A stretch of 64,000 nt of DNA from Candidatus Giovannonibacteria bacterium. Its GTDB lineage: Bacteria > Patescibacteriota > Minisyncoccia > JACPKW01 > UBA11713. Under the pieces are notes generated by a model that saw only the letters and a list, made by a program, of their open reading frames with translations, searched no databases and had not been told where the DNA came from. Positions 8,450-19,152 of this stretch are shown here, piece by piece (position 1 is the stretch's first letter; every line of letters begins with the position of its first letter). The DNA lies in assembly GCA_016186825.1 (NCBI GenBank), contig JACPKW010000005.1, forward strand, positions 2,025 through 66,024, in the 5' to 3' direction. A program made the position numbers and the translations under genes.

Positions 8450-10020
8450 CCCCCAGGATGAGATGAGCCGACATCGAGGTGCCGAACTCCGCCGTCGCTG
8501 TGGACGCTCGGGCGGAACTAGCCTGTTATCCCCGGAGTAGCTTTTATCCGTTAATCTTTGGCGCCATCTACTGGCCACCGTCGGTTCACTAGATTCTGCT
8601 TTCGCACCTGCTCGACCTGTCCGTCTCGCAGTTAAGCCGGCTTATCCTCTTACAGGTCCAGCGCGATTTCCATCCGCGCTAAGCCGACCTTAATAAACTC
8701 CTCCGTTACTTTTTAGGAGGATTGCGCCCCACACAAACTGCCCACCAGACACTGTTCCCATCCAGTTTCCCCGCGCTTTTTTCAATTTTCTAAAAAAAGC
8801 GCGGGGTTCTGGATAGGTTAGGACATAAGTCGCCGAAGATGGGTATTTCACTGTTGGCTCCGTCCCGCCCAAAAGCGGGACATCAAAGCCTCCCCACTAT
8901 GCTACGCATCGAAAACTTAAACCCAATATCAAGTTGCAGTAAAGCTTCCGGGGTCTTTTCGTCTAACTGCAGGTAGCCGGCATCTTCACCGGCATCGCAT
9001 TTTCACCGGGCTGCTCCCCGAGACAGTCCCCCAGTCGTTACGCCTTTCGTGCGCGTCGGAACTTACCCGACAAGGAATTGCGCTACCTTAGGACCATTAT
9101 AGTTATGGCCGACATTGACGAGGGCTTCGGACGCTCAGCTGCTCCGCTTACGCTACACAACTTCGCGAATTTACAATTTACAATTTCTAATTTCCAAACA
9201 ATTTTTGAAAATTGAAAATTAATAATTGAAAATTCGGTTGCGAAGCAAAAGCGAAGCAACCGGCTTCGTTAACCTTCTCGCATTGGTCAGGCGTCACCCC
9301 CTATACATCCTCTTACGAGTTCGCAGGGAGCTGTGTTTTTGATAAACAGTCGCCAGGGGTACTTTCGTTGCAGCCGACGCTCCGCATTAGAATTTCCAAT
9401 TTCTAATTCTTCAATTTTCATTGAGTTTCCAATGAATTAATTTCCAAACGTTTGGAAATTGAAAATTGTTACTTGAAAATTCCGATGCGAAGCATCGGCA
9501 GGTCTTATCCCTAAGTTACGACCGCTTTTTTGCCGAGTTCCTTGGGGAGCACTCACTCGTTCGCCTTGGGCTACTCGCCCCACCCACCTGTGTCGGTTTA
9601 CGGTACGGTTTCCTTCAATTAACCTAGAAGTTTTTCTTGGAAGTACGTTTGCGAAGATTTCTCAATCCGAAGAAAAAGATTTTTAAATCGCCTGGAGATG
9701 CCTTGCGGCGCCGGGCGGATTTGCCTGCCCGTCTCCTCGCGACTCAAACACGAATCCAATAACGTGCCTTCGCTACGGCACTCCGTCACTCCATCGAATG
9801 AAGGAAGTCACGGAATATTAACCGTGTGTCCATCACCTGCGGCTTTCGCCATCGGCTTAGGACCGACTAACCCTTGGCTGATAATCATTGCCAAGGAAAC
9901 CTTGGGTTTACGGCGCAGCGGTATTTCACCGCTGTTGTGGTTACTTGTGCCAACATTCTCACTTCTCTGGCGTCCATCCCGGCTCACGCCGTGGACTTCA
10001 CTCGCCAAAGAACGCTCTCC

Positions 10021-10621
10021 TACCAATTAGTGCTTGAATTTTGGAGGGGAATCTCACGACTCCCCTTACATCCTTTCGTTATTTTTTCTTTTTATTGTCT
10101 TTTACGCTGGATTGCGTAGTGAATGAACAGCGCAAGCTTATCAGCACATTCGTATATAACTCTATCGATTTCCCATTCATCCTTGGACGACAATTTTTTA
10201 ATGCCCCGGTTTTTCAACTCTTCGCGAACATCCATGGTCAGCTTGGTATGAATTCCAAGCCGCATTCCATCCAGATTTGGTTTTTCCAACACCATGACCG
10301 TTCTCCTTTCGTTATTTTTTCTTTCCGTTTCTCTTCTCTTGATGCAAGACCAACGTCGCAGTTCGCAAGAATTCACGAGTTAAGCATGGTCTATTCCACC
10401 CATCATCCATCCATGCCCATGTGATTATCTCTGTATGTGCGGAGTGAACGAACCATCTGCGCTTGTACTTTAGCGCGATGCCTTTCAGCATACATCGATC
10501 TTCTTTTGAAAGCCGTCATCATTCGAATATTCCGAGCGATGCGTAATCACGAGAACTTTCGATTCCATTTTCACCTCCAATGAACTAAAAATTTTTTTTC
10601 CAAAATTCAAGCACTAATTCC
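10021..10621 (-). other. intervening sequence (IVS) in 23S helix 45, closed by a perfect 20-bp inverted repeat
   Basis: aattagtgcttgaattttgg (10021-10040) pairs with ccaaaattcaagcactaatt (10602-10621). The 561-nt insert replaces the helix-45 tetraloop between GTACCGAAGGTGAGG and GGTAGGAGAGCGTTC, which is E. coli 23S ~1164-1185, the classic RNase III-processed IVS site. Confidence 0.6.
10092..10376 (-). CDS. IVS-encoded small basic protein (94 aa), candidate 23S-IVS protein
   Basis: Sense-strand ORF entirely inside the helix-45 IVS: MNSCELRRWSCIKRRETERKNNERRTVMVLEK... Function unknown. Confidence 0.35.
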   Translation of the reverse strand: MNSCELRRWSCIKRRETERKNNERRTVMVLEKPNLDGMRLGIHTKLTMDVREELKNRGIKKLSSKDEWEIDRVIYECADKLALFIHYAIQRKRQ

Positions 10622-11496
10622 TCACCTTCGGTACTCTATTTAACCCCGATCATCTGCGGCGCAAGGTCTCTTAGCGAGTGAGCTGTTACGCACTCTTTAA
10701 AGGATGGCTGCTTCTAAGCCAACCTCCTCGATGTTTCAGAAACCTCACCACCTCGCTTGTACTTAATAGAGATTTTGGGACCTTAGATTGAGATTTGGGC
10801 TGTTTCCCTTTCGACCGACGGAGCTTAGCCCCCGTAGTCTGACTACCTGAGTAAACCCGCTGGCATTCGGAGTTTGATTGGTCGTCCGAGATTTCTCCCT
10901 GTGACGACCATCCAGTGCTCTACCTCCAGCGGTTATCTCAAGCGCTAGCCCTAAAGCTATTTCGGAGAGAACCAGCTATTACCAAGTTCGATTAGCTTTT
11001 CACTCCTACCCCCAACTCATCCGATGGCGTTGTACGACCAAACGGTTCGGGCCTCCAGCCGTCTTTCGACGACCTTCGCCCTGGCCAGGGGTAGCTCACC
11101 TGGCTTCGGGTCTATTATTTAATGCATTTAAATCTTAGTTCCGTCCCAATTTTCGAACGGAACTAAAATCTAGTTCGCCCTTTCAGACTCGGTTTCCCTG
11201 CGCGTACGGGCACAAAAGCCCTTACACAAGCAATAAACAATAACTCGTTGGCTCATTCTTCAATAGGCACACCATCACCGCGCACAGCGCGGAAGCACCA
11301 AATAACAAGCACCAAGCTCCAAATAATTTTAAATAACCAATTTTCAATTCTCAAAAAAAATTTGAAACTTGAATTTTGGAATTTGGAATTTATTTGTAAT
11401 TTGGATTTTGGAATTTGGAATTTCCGTGCTATGCACGGCTCTGATTCCTTGTAAGCATATGGTTTCAGGTACTATTTCACCGCCCTCACCGGGCTG

Positions 11497-11534
<38 letters not shown>

Positions 11535-12848
11535 ACTTCGAAAGTATTTAGCCTTAGGAGTGTAGTTCTCCTTGCTTCCTCCGAACCATTCTTTGTTCGA
11601 AGTACTCAAGAAAATCACCGCCACTATATATAAATATACAGGTGCAGGACCCCGCTTTTCAGCAGGGTATCAAGGAGCATAAATCTGTTTTCGCCTACAG
11701 GGCTATTACCTTCTTTGGCGAAGCTTTCCAGCTTTCTTCAGCTAACGAGATTTATTTAATCGGCTCCTTTCCGGCGCTATCCCGCAAACCTCCTGAAATT
11801 CAGAAAGAATGCGGGATGCTCCAGAACGATACAATCTTTCAACCCCAAGCACGTAATCCTTGCGGACTATGTGCTTGGTTTGGGCTTCTCCCTTTTCGCT
11901 CGCCGCTACTAAGGGAATGTTCACATCTCGCTAACGCTCGCTTCAATTATCAATATGCAATTTCTAATTTTCAAAAAATAAATTAATTGAAAATTATTGA
12001 AAATTGCAAAATTGGAAATTAAAAATTTCGAACGTTAGTGAGATATGGTTGTTTTCTTTTCCTCCGGGTACTGAGATGTTTCACTTCCCCGGGTGCGCTC
12101 CGCGCTCTGCACGGAATTTTCAATTTTCAGTTCTCAATTCACAATAAATTTTCAGTGAATTAATTTTCAAACGTTCGAAAATAGGAAATTGATAATTGAA
12201 AATTCCGTGCAAAGCACGGTCTCCGTGGTTTGCACGGAGGGGTTTCCCCATTCGGACATCGTCGGATCAAAGGTTGCTCAACACCTCCCCGACGCTTATC
12301 GCAGTTACGCCACGTCCTTCATCGCCTTTCGAAACCTAGGCATCCACCATACGCCCTTATTTGCCCGCTCCGATCTGAAAGATCCGCCAGAACTTACTTG
12401 GCGAAATCAGATCGAAATATTGTGTCCCGATTCGCAAGTGCTCTTTTTGCGAATCGAGAATCTCCCGATTTTGTTTACAAAATCGGGACTCTTTTTTATT
12501 TAGTTATTTTGCGATTGTTGCCCCATCAGAATGTTGTGTTCCGATGGAGCTACCTGTTTCAATTTTTAAGCTGCATTCACCTACCCGCTTAATTTTGCAC
12601 CTGCAAATTTTGGCGGGTTAGCTACCGGCGTTTGGATTCGCTATTTCACTCATCCAAGCGTCGAGAGCCAATTTCTAACTTTTTATCTAACTTTTTTAAA
12701 CCTCGCCGGGCCTGCCTGCCGGCTGCAGGGACGGGTTCATTAATTAAAAAATCCGCCGTGAAGCGGATTACACATCAAGACTAGGCGTGATTTCATCCGC
12801 TTCTAAAGTTAAGTTTTAATAAAACAAACACCATAAATTGTGCTTTTC

Positions 12849-12876
12849 ATTATATTCCTGGCATACCTAATGTCAA
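12849..12876 (-). promoter_or_regulatory. sigma-70-type promoter of the rRNA operon
   Basis: Minus strand reads TTGACA-16 nt-TATAAT (cTTGACAttaggtatgccaggaaTATAATg). It lies ~480 nt upstream of the 23S 5' end. Confidence 0.6.
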
Positions 12877-13012
12877 GACGTAATTGTTCATAAAATGTTA
12901 AAAACCTCTGCATAAATTCCATTAGAAATTCCCGCGGGGTGTTATTTTTAAGGGGATAAACAAAAACTCCCCTTCGCAGACGCAAAAGGGAATTTTTGCG
13001 AAATTTTAGATC

Positions 13013-13702
13013 TTAACGGCTTGAGATATCTGAACGCAATTTATCCAAAAATCTTGCCGCGGTGTCCTTGCCTCCGAGACCGAACGCGAGACCGAGTGCG
13101 ATGCTCAATGCTCCAATAATTCCCATAAATAATATGTTAACCATTTCGGGAGGAACGATCTGAAGCTTGTTCACAGCTATCAAAATCGCCACGATCCAGA
13201 TTGACCACTTTGAGATCCCGCCTAAAAATCCTGCCGATGGAAGGTTCGCAGCTTTTGCGGAACCTGCAACAACCCGCGCGGTCGTATCCGCAACCAATGC
13301 CGCAATAACCAGAATCAGTGCGGCAACAAAGACATTCGGAAGATAAGCTATGATTGTTCCCTGCAAGAAATTCGTAACATCTCTAAGTTGGAGGATCTCG
13401 AGCGAAGTCGCGAGGAAAACTAAAATGATGAACCATTTTACAAGACCGCCAAGGAATGCGCCCGTGTTCAGCTTGATCCCTGCCCGGTTTAAAGGCTCAT
13501 CCATTCCAACGGCTTCAAGCCCTTTGTCCACTTTAAGAGATTGTACAATCTGATGGACTACTCTGCCCAACGCTGCGGCAATAATCCAACCTATAATAAA
13601 GACAAGTAGAGCCGCAATTAAGCGCGGCACAAAATCTGCCACTCCCAGCCAGAGGTTCTGGAAAGATGCCTTAAAAACATCTGTCCATTCGTTAATAAGC
13701 AT
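13013..13702 (-). CDS. conserved TM-helix-repeat membrane protein (MscS-N-terminal-like family)
   Basis: 229 aa with ~5 TM segments and repeated hydrophobic helix units. No soluble domain. Confidence 0.5.
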   Translation of the reverse strand: MLINEWTDVFKASFQNLWLGVADFVPRLIAALLVFIIGWIIAAALGRVVHQIVQSLKVDKGLEAVGMDEPLNRAGIKLNTGAFLGGLVKWFIILVFLATSLEILQLRDVTNFLQGTIIAYLPNVFVAALILVIAALVADTTARVVAGSAKAANLPSAGFLGGISKWSIWIVAILIAVNKLQIVPPEMVNILFMGIIGALSIALGLAFGLGGKDTAARFLDKLRSDISSR

Positions 13703-13864
13703 AATTTATAAAGTTTTAGCCCTTAACTTATAAATAATAATGATCGAAACCATTATCATTCGACCTTTGGGCCGTAATAGACATAATTATACCATGATTT
13801 AGAACAATTTTCGCGACTATTGTGGATAAGAAAGCGCCGAGGAATCTCTCGCACCCAATCAGCT

Positions 13865-15136
13865 TCAAGGCGCAACTTTAGACAATTCTTCGCTTTTTTG
13901 GATAATCTCTTTAAACTTCCACGCGCTCGGCCTGATATGCCTTTCCATGGTTTTGTAATCAATCTCAACCAAACCAAACCGCGGCCAAAATCCTTTGTCC
14001 CATTCAAAATTATCCAAAAGCGACCAATAGAAATATCCGCGCACATCAATCCCCTCTTGAAGTGCCTTCGAAACCCATTTCAAATGCTCTTTAATAAATT
14101 TTTCGCGATGGATGTCTTTGGCGTCCGCGACCCCGTTTTCGGTTATGTAAATCGGTTTTTTATATTTTCCGATCCGCTTTAAAAGCGGATAAATCCCCTC
14201 CGGATAAATCTCCCAGCCCATATCGCTCGTCCATTTATTTTTATTTTTGATCTTCTGCGGAAATGCGATTTTGAAGTGAAAGTAATATTGTAGAGCATAG
14301 AAATCATGTGTGTCTCCAGTTAATTTCAAAAAATATTCATTCGACCAGTAATTTCTGAACTTTGCAGCCAAAACGGTCAACGGATTTTTTGAATACGGCT
14401 CCACAAAATTCATAATATTCCCAAAACCGACTTCGGCATCCAGATTTACAGAGTGGATCGCGTTGTATGCTTCTATGTGGGCACTTGCCAAAATTTTAAA
14501 GACACGCAATGCAGAAAGAATACTTTTCCTCTGCGGTGGCCAAAGGCCGCGCTTATATGAATTCGCGATCACCGAAGTTGGTTCGTTCAGAGTCATCCAA
14601 AATTTTATTTCTGGCAAGCTTTCAGCCATCTTTTTTGAAAATCTTGAAAAATATTTGGGAAATTCTCTTGACTCCGCTCCGCCTTTATCCCGCATCCACA
14701 AAGGAATGGTCCAGTGCCAAAGGGTTCCAAACGGTTCAAGACCGCGTTCGCGTAAAGCTTTGATTACTTCTCGATAGTGCTCGATTTCTTTTTCGTCGAA
14801 TTTGCCTTCTTCGGGTTCGATTCGCGACCATTCGATTGAAAAACGATGTGCATTATGTCCGAGCGATTTTGCGATATCAAAATCTTCGCGAAAACGGTTG
14901 TAGTGATCACAGGCGCGTCCTGAAATATAATTTTCTTTCTGCAAAGGGCTCGGATAATTTTTTAAATTATAATCCGAAAAGCCTTCTTGCGGCGGATTCA
15001 ATCTTGCGTTTTCAGCTAACCGCAGGGCGTTTTCTTTTTCCCACTCTGTCCAGTCATTATGATTGCCTCCCTCAACCTGATGGGCAGAAGTTGCGCTTCC
15101 CCAAAAAAAATTTTTAGGAAAATTCAATTCTTCCAT
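13865..15136 (-). CDS. glycoside hydrolase family 1 beta-glucosidase
   Basis: NFPKNFFWGSATSAHQVEG, acid/base TLNEP and nucleophile YITENG motifs. Likely start at MEELNF (15136). The track ORF extends to 15178. Confidence 0.85.
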   Translation of the reverse strand: MEELNFPKNFFWGSATSAHQVEGGNHNDWTEWEKENALRLAENARLNPPQEGFSDYNLKNYPSPLQKENYISGRACDHYNRFREDFDIAKSLGHNAHRFSIEWSRIEPEEGKFDEKEIEHYREVIKALRERGLEPFGTLWHWTIPLWMRDKGGAESREFPKYFSRFSKKMAESLPEIKFWMTLNEPTSVIANSYKRGLWPPQRKSILSALRVFKILASAHIEAYNAIHSVNLDAEVGFGNIMNFVEPYSKNPLTVLAAKFRNYWSNEYFLKLTGDTHDFYALQYYFHFKIAFPQKIKNKNKWTSDMGWEIYPEGIYPLLKRIGKYKKPIYITENGVADAKDIHREKFIKEHLKWVSKALQEGIDVRGYFYWSLLDNFEWDKGFWPRFGLVEIDYKTMERHIRPSAWKFKEIIQKSEELSKVAP

Positions 15137-15819
15137 AACATCGCGGCTCCTAGCGCCCCGGCTTTCCTGCCGAGACAAGATTTATAACATTTCACATGCA
15201 ATTTTTTCTCAAGTTTCCTAAAAAATCCTCTTTTATCCATGATTCCTCCGCCGAAAACAACCACATTCGGCTTATATTTCGTTATAATCGGACCCAGCTT
15301 ACGAGCCAAAAACTCCGCAAGCTCGTTATAATCTTTAACATTGCGGATTCTTTGATACTCTTTTTCCCATCTCTCCGGATACTCAAATGCTTTTATTTTT
15401 TTAATCATCCCTTTCTCGCCATAAGCTCGGCCGACCCCAGTGCCAATCGTAAATCCCAAAATCTTGCCCCTTGTTCTCACATGGCGGCTAAGCCGCCATG
15501 TTTCAGAGCGCAAAAAAGCGCGCGCATCATTATCCACTTTTAAAGGCTTATTTAAAAGGAGCGCCGTAAAATCAAAATTTTTCAAGTATTTTATATTAGG
15601 GCTCGATAAAATTCTATTTCCTAAAATTATACCTGCCGCCGCGATCCCTACTCTCTCAACTTTTTTATGCACTGCGAGAGAGGAAACCAAGATCTTAAAT
15701 TTTTTTATAAAATCGGCTTTGTTTTTTGGAGTATTCGTTTCTAAAAAACGAAGAATTTTTTTTCCATTCCAAAAAATTCCCCTAATTTTTGAGCCACCGA
15801 TGTCTAAACCAATTATCAT
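15124..15819 (-). CDS. ROK-family sugar kinase (glucokinase-like)
   Basis: N-terminal IGLDIGGSKIRG and DNDA motif. 231 aa. Confidence 0.7.
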   Translation of the reverse strand: MIIGLDIGGSKIRGIFWNGKKILRFLETNTPKNKADFIKKFKILVSSLAVHKKVERVGIAAAGIILGNRILSSPNIKYLKNFDFTALLLNKPLKVDNDARAFLRSETWRLSRHVRTRGKILGFTIGTGVGRAYGEKGMIKKIKAFEYPERWEKEYQRIRNVKDYNELAEFLARKLGPIITKYKPNVVVFGGGIMDKRGFFRKLEKKLHVKCYKSCLGRKAGALGAAMLWKN

Positions 15820-16835
15820 AAAAATAATTTTTTAGCTTCATCCCAAATTTCGGGATGACCTTGCTTTTTCACCCAATACCACCATTCAACGCCCCAAAGG
15901 TAAAATTCGTCAAAACCGGTCTTTTCGGCATATTCAATACTTTCTCTAAATGTTTTTTCGTTAAAAACGGCAAGCTGTTCATCAAGCGCGAAGCGATCAA
16001 ACTCATAATTTTCATACGGCCCCCATGGTTCGGTTTGCAACTCAATTACAAGCGACTGACGCGGGCCTGAAAAAATTTCGGAGAGCGCTCTTTTAATTCT
16101 AAAAAATTCCGGCGGCAAGGGATAGGTATAGTATCCCACGTTCTTTCTCCAAACCGTGCGGTAAAGCGTGGTTCCAAAAATATCCGCGCGTCTAGCGGCC
16201 CGCGCCCAAAGGGAAAGCTCGCCCGAATCGGTAACTATGACCGGGTGGCGCGAATCCAGCCGGCGCGCTTCGGCCAGCTCTGCATCCAAAAAATCCCCTC
16301 CATAAAGAGGGCAGTCGTTTCCGAAGGGGAGAAAGGGTTCATTTTCTATCTGCCAAGCGTAAAGCGCCGGAAAATCCCGATAGCGTTTTATAACAACTTC
16401 AATAAATTCGAGAAGCTTTTTCTTTTCAAAATCCGCATCTTTTTTTTCTTTAACCCATTGGGGCACATGGCATTCCGGCCAGCGCGGCAACTTGCGCCCT
16501 ACCGCCAAAATGACCTTGGCATTCCTTTTTTCGGCCTCTCTAAGCTCCCAATCTATCTCCTCAAAATTATATTCGTCATCAGCGACTTCAGAGCGATCCC
16601 AAAAAACAGGCAGGCGCAAGTTTCTCGCTTGGAGTTCATCAAGGACCGCTGAAAAAACTTCGCGGCCATCCATGCCAAAACGCTCCGGAATCCAGGAAAC
16701 AAAAGTAACACCAAATAATTTAGGCTCGCGCACCGGAATTTTATACAAGCCCCAAACAACAATCAAAAGCGCCAAGACGAAAAAGATAAGAAAAATTTTT
16801 AAAACCAGCCGGACAAATTTTTTAAAACGTTCCAT
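15816..16835 (-). CDS. membrane-anchored TIM-barrel glycoside hydrolase (GH5/GH113-like)
   Basis: N-terminal TM anchor. Catalytic-type motif YAWQIENEP. 339 aa. Confidence 0.55.
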   Translation of the reverse strand: MERFKKFVRLVLKIFLIFFVLALLIVVWGLYKIPVREPKLFGVTFVSWIPERFGMDGREVFSAVLDELQARNLRLPVFWDRSEVADDEYNFEEIDWELREAEKRNAKVILAVGRKLPRWPECHVPQWVKEKKDADFEKKKLLEFIEVVIKRYRDFPALYAWQIENEPFLPFGNDCPLYGGDFLDAELAEARRLDSRHPVIVTDSGELSLWARAARRADIFGTTLYRTVWRKNVGYYTYPLPPEFFRIKRALSEIFSGPRQSLVIELQTEPWGPYENYEFDRFALDEQLAVFNEKTFRESIEYAEKTGFDEFYLWGVEWWYWVKKQGHPEIWDEAKKLFL

Positions 16836-17742
16836 TGCTTAAAAAAATTAAAAAATAAAGCCCGAGCGAGACCAAAATAATCCCGCTCACTTTTTGGATC
16901 AGAGCTTTGCGATTTAAGGATTCTTTGATGATCTTCGGGAAAAAGATAGAAAACACCGCCGCCAAAACAAATAGGAAAAAATACTGCAGGCCTTGCAAAG
17001 CATTAACTAGAGTCGCCGGCCCGCGAGCAAGCGCGAAAGAAATAAAAAAAGCGCCTGTGGCTCCAAAAATTTTATTCAAGACTACTCCTCCAGAAGCTTT
17101 TGGGCGCCTAATTATCATAGCTGATGAGAAAATGGATTTGCGAAATGCAGTAAAAATTAATAGCGAAATCGCACCGAGGAAAAGCCCAAAGCGCGTCCAA
17201 ATCAAAATATTGAAAAAATTTTCTTCTAAGAACAAAACTTTCATCAAATATATTGAACAAGCGAAAAGAAACGCTGCCAAAATAGAATACGCCACAAAGC
17301 TGCGTGGGACGCTATTTTTTATTTTATTTTCAAAATCCATCGTTAAAACTACGCTGCCCAAAATAAGAAACCCCGCCGCAATAATTTCGAGAGCGCTAAA
17401 GTTCGTTTTTGCTCCGAAACTTTCAAAGCTGAGCAAAATCAGCGGAGTAAAACCGAGCACAACCGGCTGGACCCGGGAAGCGTCGGCATTCAAAAGCGCG
17501 TAAAAAAATACCAGCAGGGCATAAAGCCAAATTATACCAGCCAAAAAACTAATTAAAATTTTACCTAAAGGCAAAAGTGCAAACCCAAATGGGATAAATA
17601 TAAATACACCCAGACTTAAAATCCCCTGCCAGAAAGCGTAGCTCGCCGGACGCGGCAATAATTTTCCTAAAATTATTTTGTCGCCGAGAACCGAAATCGC
17701 CTGAAGCAGATATCCCAAAGCAGCAAAAACAATCCAGTCCAT
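16822..17742 (-). CDS. EamA/DMT-superfamily transporter
   Basis: 306 aa, 10 predicted TM helices in two 5-TM halves. Confidence 0.6.
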   Translation of the reverse strand: MDWIVFAALGYLLQAISVLGDKIILGKLLPRPASYAFWQGILSLGVFIFIPFGFALLPLGKILISFLAGIIWLYALLVFFYALLNADASRVQPVVLGFTPLILLSFESFGAKTNFSALEIIAAGFLILGSVVLTMDFENKIKNSVPRSFVAYSILAAFLFACSIYLMKVLFLEENFFNILIWTRFGLFLGAISLLIFTAFRKSIFSSAMIIRRPKASGGVVLNKIFGATGAFFISFALARGPATLVNALQGLQYFFLFVLAAVFSIFFPKIIKESLNRKALIQKVSGIILVSLGLYFLIFLSNGTF

Positions 17743-17839
17743 ATCTGAATTATAAGCGTTTCAAAGCCATTCAGAGAGGGATTTCTTTATCCAAAAAGCC
17801 CGCGGTTCGGATTCCGAACCGCGGGGCAAAGGGCGTTTT

Positions 17840-18748
17840 TTAGTAGAGCTTGAACTTCAAGTCTGGCCTGCCAAACCTTTGAAGAACCTGCTCAACCGAG
17901 CTCTCAGCGGCCACCCAGAGCTTTCGGGTGTCTGTGGTAAAAGGCCCCACTCCCAAATCCAGAGGCCAAACAATATCTATATTCGCGAGTTTTTCTGCGA
18001 ACTCCACTCCCTCACAGAAATCGCCGTAACGAGCAAGCGCTCTTTTTCGAACACGCTTTGGGAGCCTGAAAAGGGGCATCATCAGCCGCTCGAAAATAGA
18101 AATGTTCTTTGAGAAGTTCGCCGGCACATTCGGCAACACCAAAATATCCGTAGGCTGGAAATGCTCGATTATTTCGCGGACAGGAAAGCAAAATCCGATT
18201 CCCCCGTCAAAATAATCGTTCCCGTTAATACTAACGGGACACTTGCCAAGCGGCGTCGCAGAAGATGCAAAAAGCGATTTTAAAAGAGGAAATTCCTTAG
18301 CATTAATAAATTTGCCTTTTCCCTCTTTATCTGTCACGCCGACAAAAAAATCCGACTTCGAGGCAAGAACCGCTTGTATATCCAGCTTCTTTGCTCCAAA
18401 TAGGGCTGCGCGTTCTGCTAATGAAAAGTCTAAAACCCTCGGGAAGCGCCAGAAGCTGATATAGTTCTCTGATGCAAATTCTTGATAGTAGATCGAAATT
18501 CCCCTTCTGATCTGCTCCTTGCCGGCAAGAAAATAAGCACCCACCCATGCCCCGCCAGAAACTCCTACAACGATATCGAAAACACTCTCGAGGCGGAGTA
18601 GATGTAAAGCATAGCAAGCCGCCGCAGCGCAAACACCGCGATTAGCGCCGCCAAGAATCAATAAAAGTGGCCGGATATAATCGTGATCTTCGCCGCTCGC
18701 CGCCAATTCCGATTTTTTTAATATATTTTCAATGACCAAATTTCCCAC
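17840..18748 (-). CDS. patatin-like phospholipase
   Basis: GGANRG oxyanion motif, GVSGG (GxSxG) nucleophile elbow, and a DGG aspartate dyad. Confidence 0.8.
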   Translation of the reverse strand: MGNLVIENILKKSELAASGEDHDYIRPLLLILGGANRGVCAAAACYALHLLRLESVFDIVVGVSGGAWVGAYFLAGKEQIRRGISIYYQEFASENYISFWRFPRVLDFSLAERAALFGAKKLDIQAVLASKSDFFVGVTDKEGKGKFINAKEFPLLKSLFASSATPLGKCPVSINGNDYFDGGIGFCFPVREIIEHFQPTDILVLPNVPANFSKNISIFERLMMPLFRLPKRVRKRALARYGDFCEGVEFAEKLANIDIVWPLDLGVGPFTTDTRKLWVAAESSVEQVLQRFGRPDLKFKLY

Positions 18749-19047
18749 TTGATTCCTCCTTTCAGCACTTTGTGGAAACTCCTGTGCAGAATACTTGAAT
18801 TAGTCCGAACCGCTTTTGCCAAAAAAGTCCCGCGCGCGCGAAAAATCCTAAATGCGGGGCCTGCCCGCCGAAGCCTTGGCGCAGGCGGGGAGCCGCACGA
18901 ATGACAATTTTTCCGCCACATATTTAAATTTTAGAAGGCGGGATCCCGCTAAAAGCGGTAACAAGTTTTTCCCTGCCTGCAGGCAGGCAGGTTTGGCGGT
19001 TTTGAGCAATTCAGATTTATTTTCATACTAACATGACTTTTCCAACG

Positions 19048-19122
19048 TGGTGCACCTTGTTGGGATTGAACCAACGGCCTTTCCGATGTGAACGGAACGC
19101 TCTACCACTGAGCTAAAGGTGC
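19048..19122 (-). tRNA. tRNA-Val (anticodon CAC), CCA encoded
   Basis: Minus strand GCACCTTTAGCTCAGTGGTAGAGCGTTCCGTTCACATCGGAAAGGCCGTTGGTTCAATCCCAACAAGGTGCACCA. Full cloverleaf with anticodon loop UUCACAU. Confidence 0.85.
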
Positions 19123-19152
19123 ATCAATTTCTAACGAGGTGAATGAATCGAA

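Noticed and set aside
7240-8461. Multiple ORFs on both strands inside the 23S introns (7240-7479, 7280-7483, 7416-7604, 7679-7870, 7861-8379, 8225-8461)
   Set aside because: They overlap rRNA exon sequence or are antisense to the LAGLIDADG genes. Only the two sense LAGLIDADG ORFs carry a motif.
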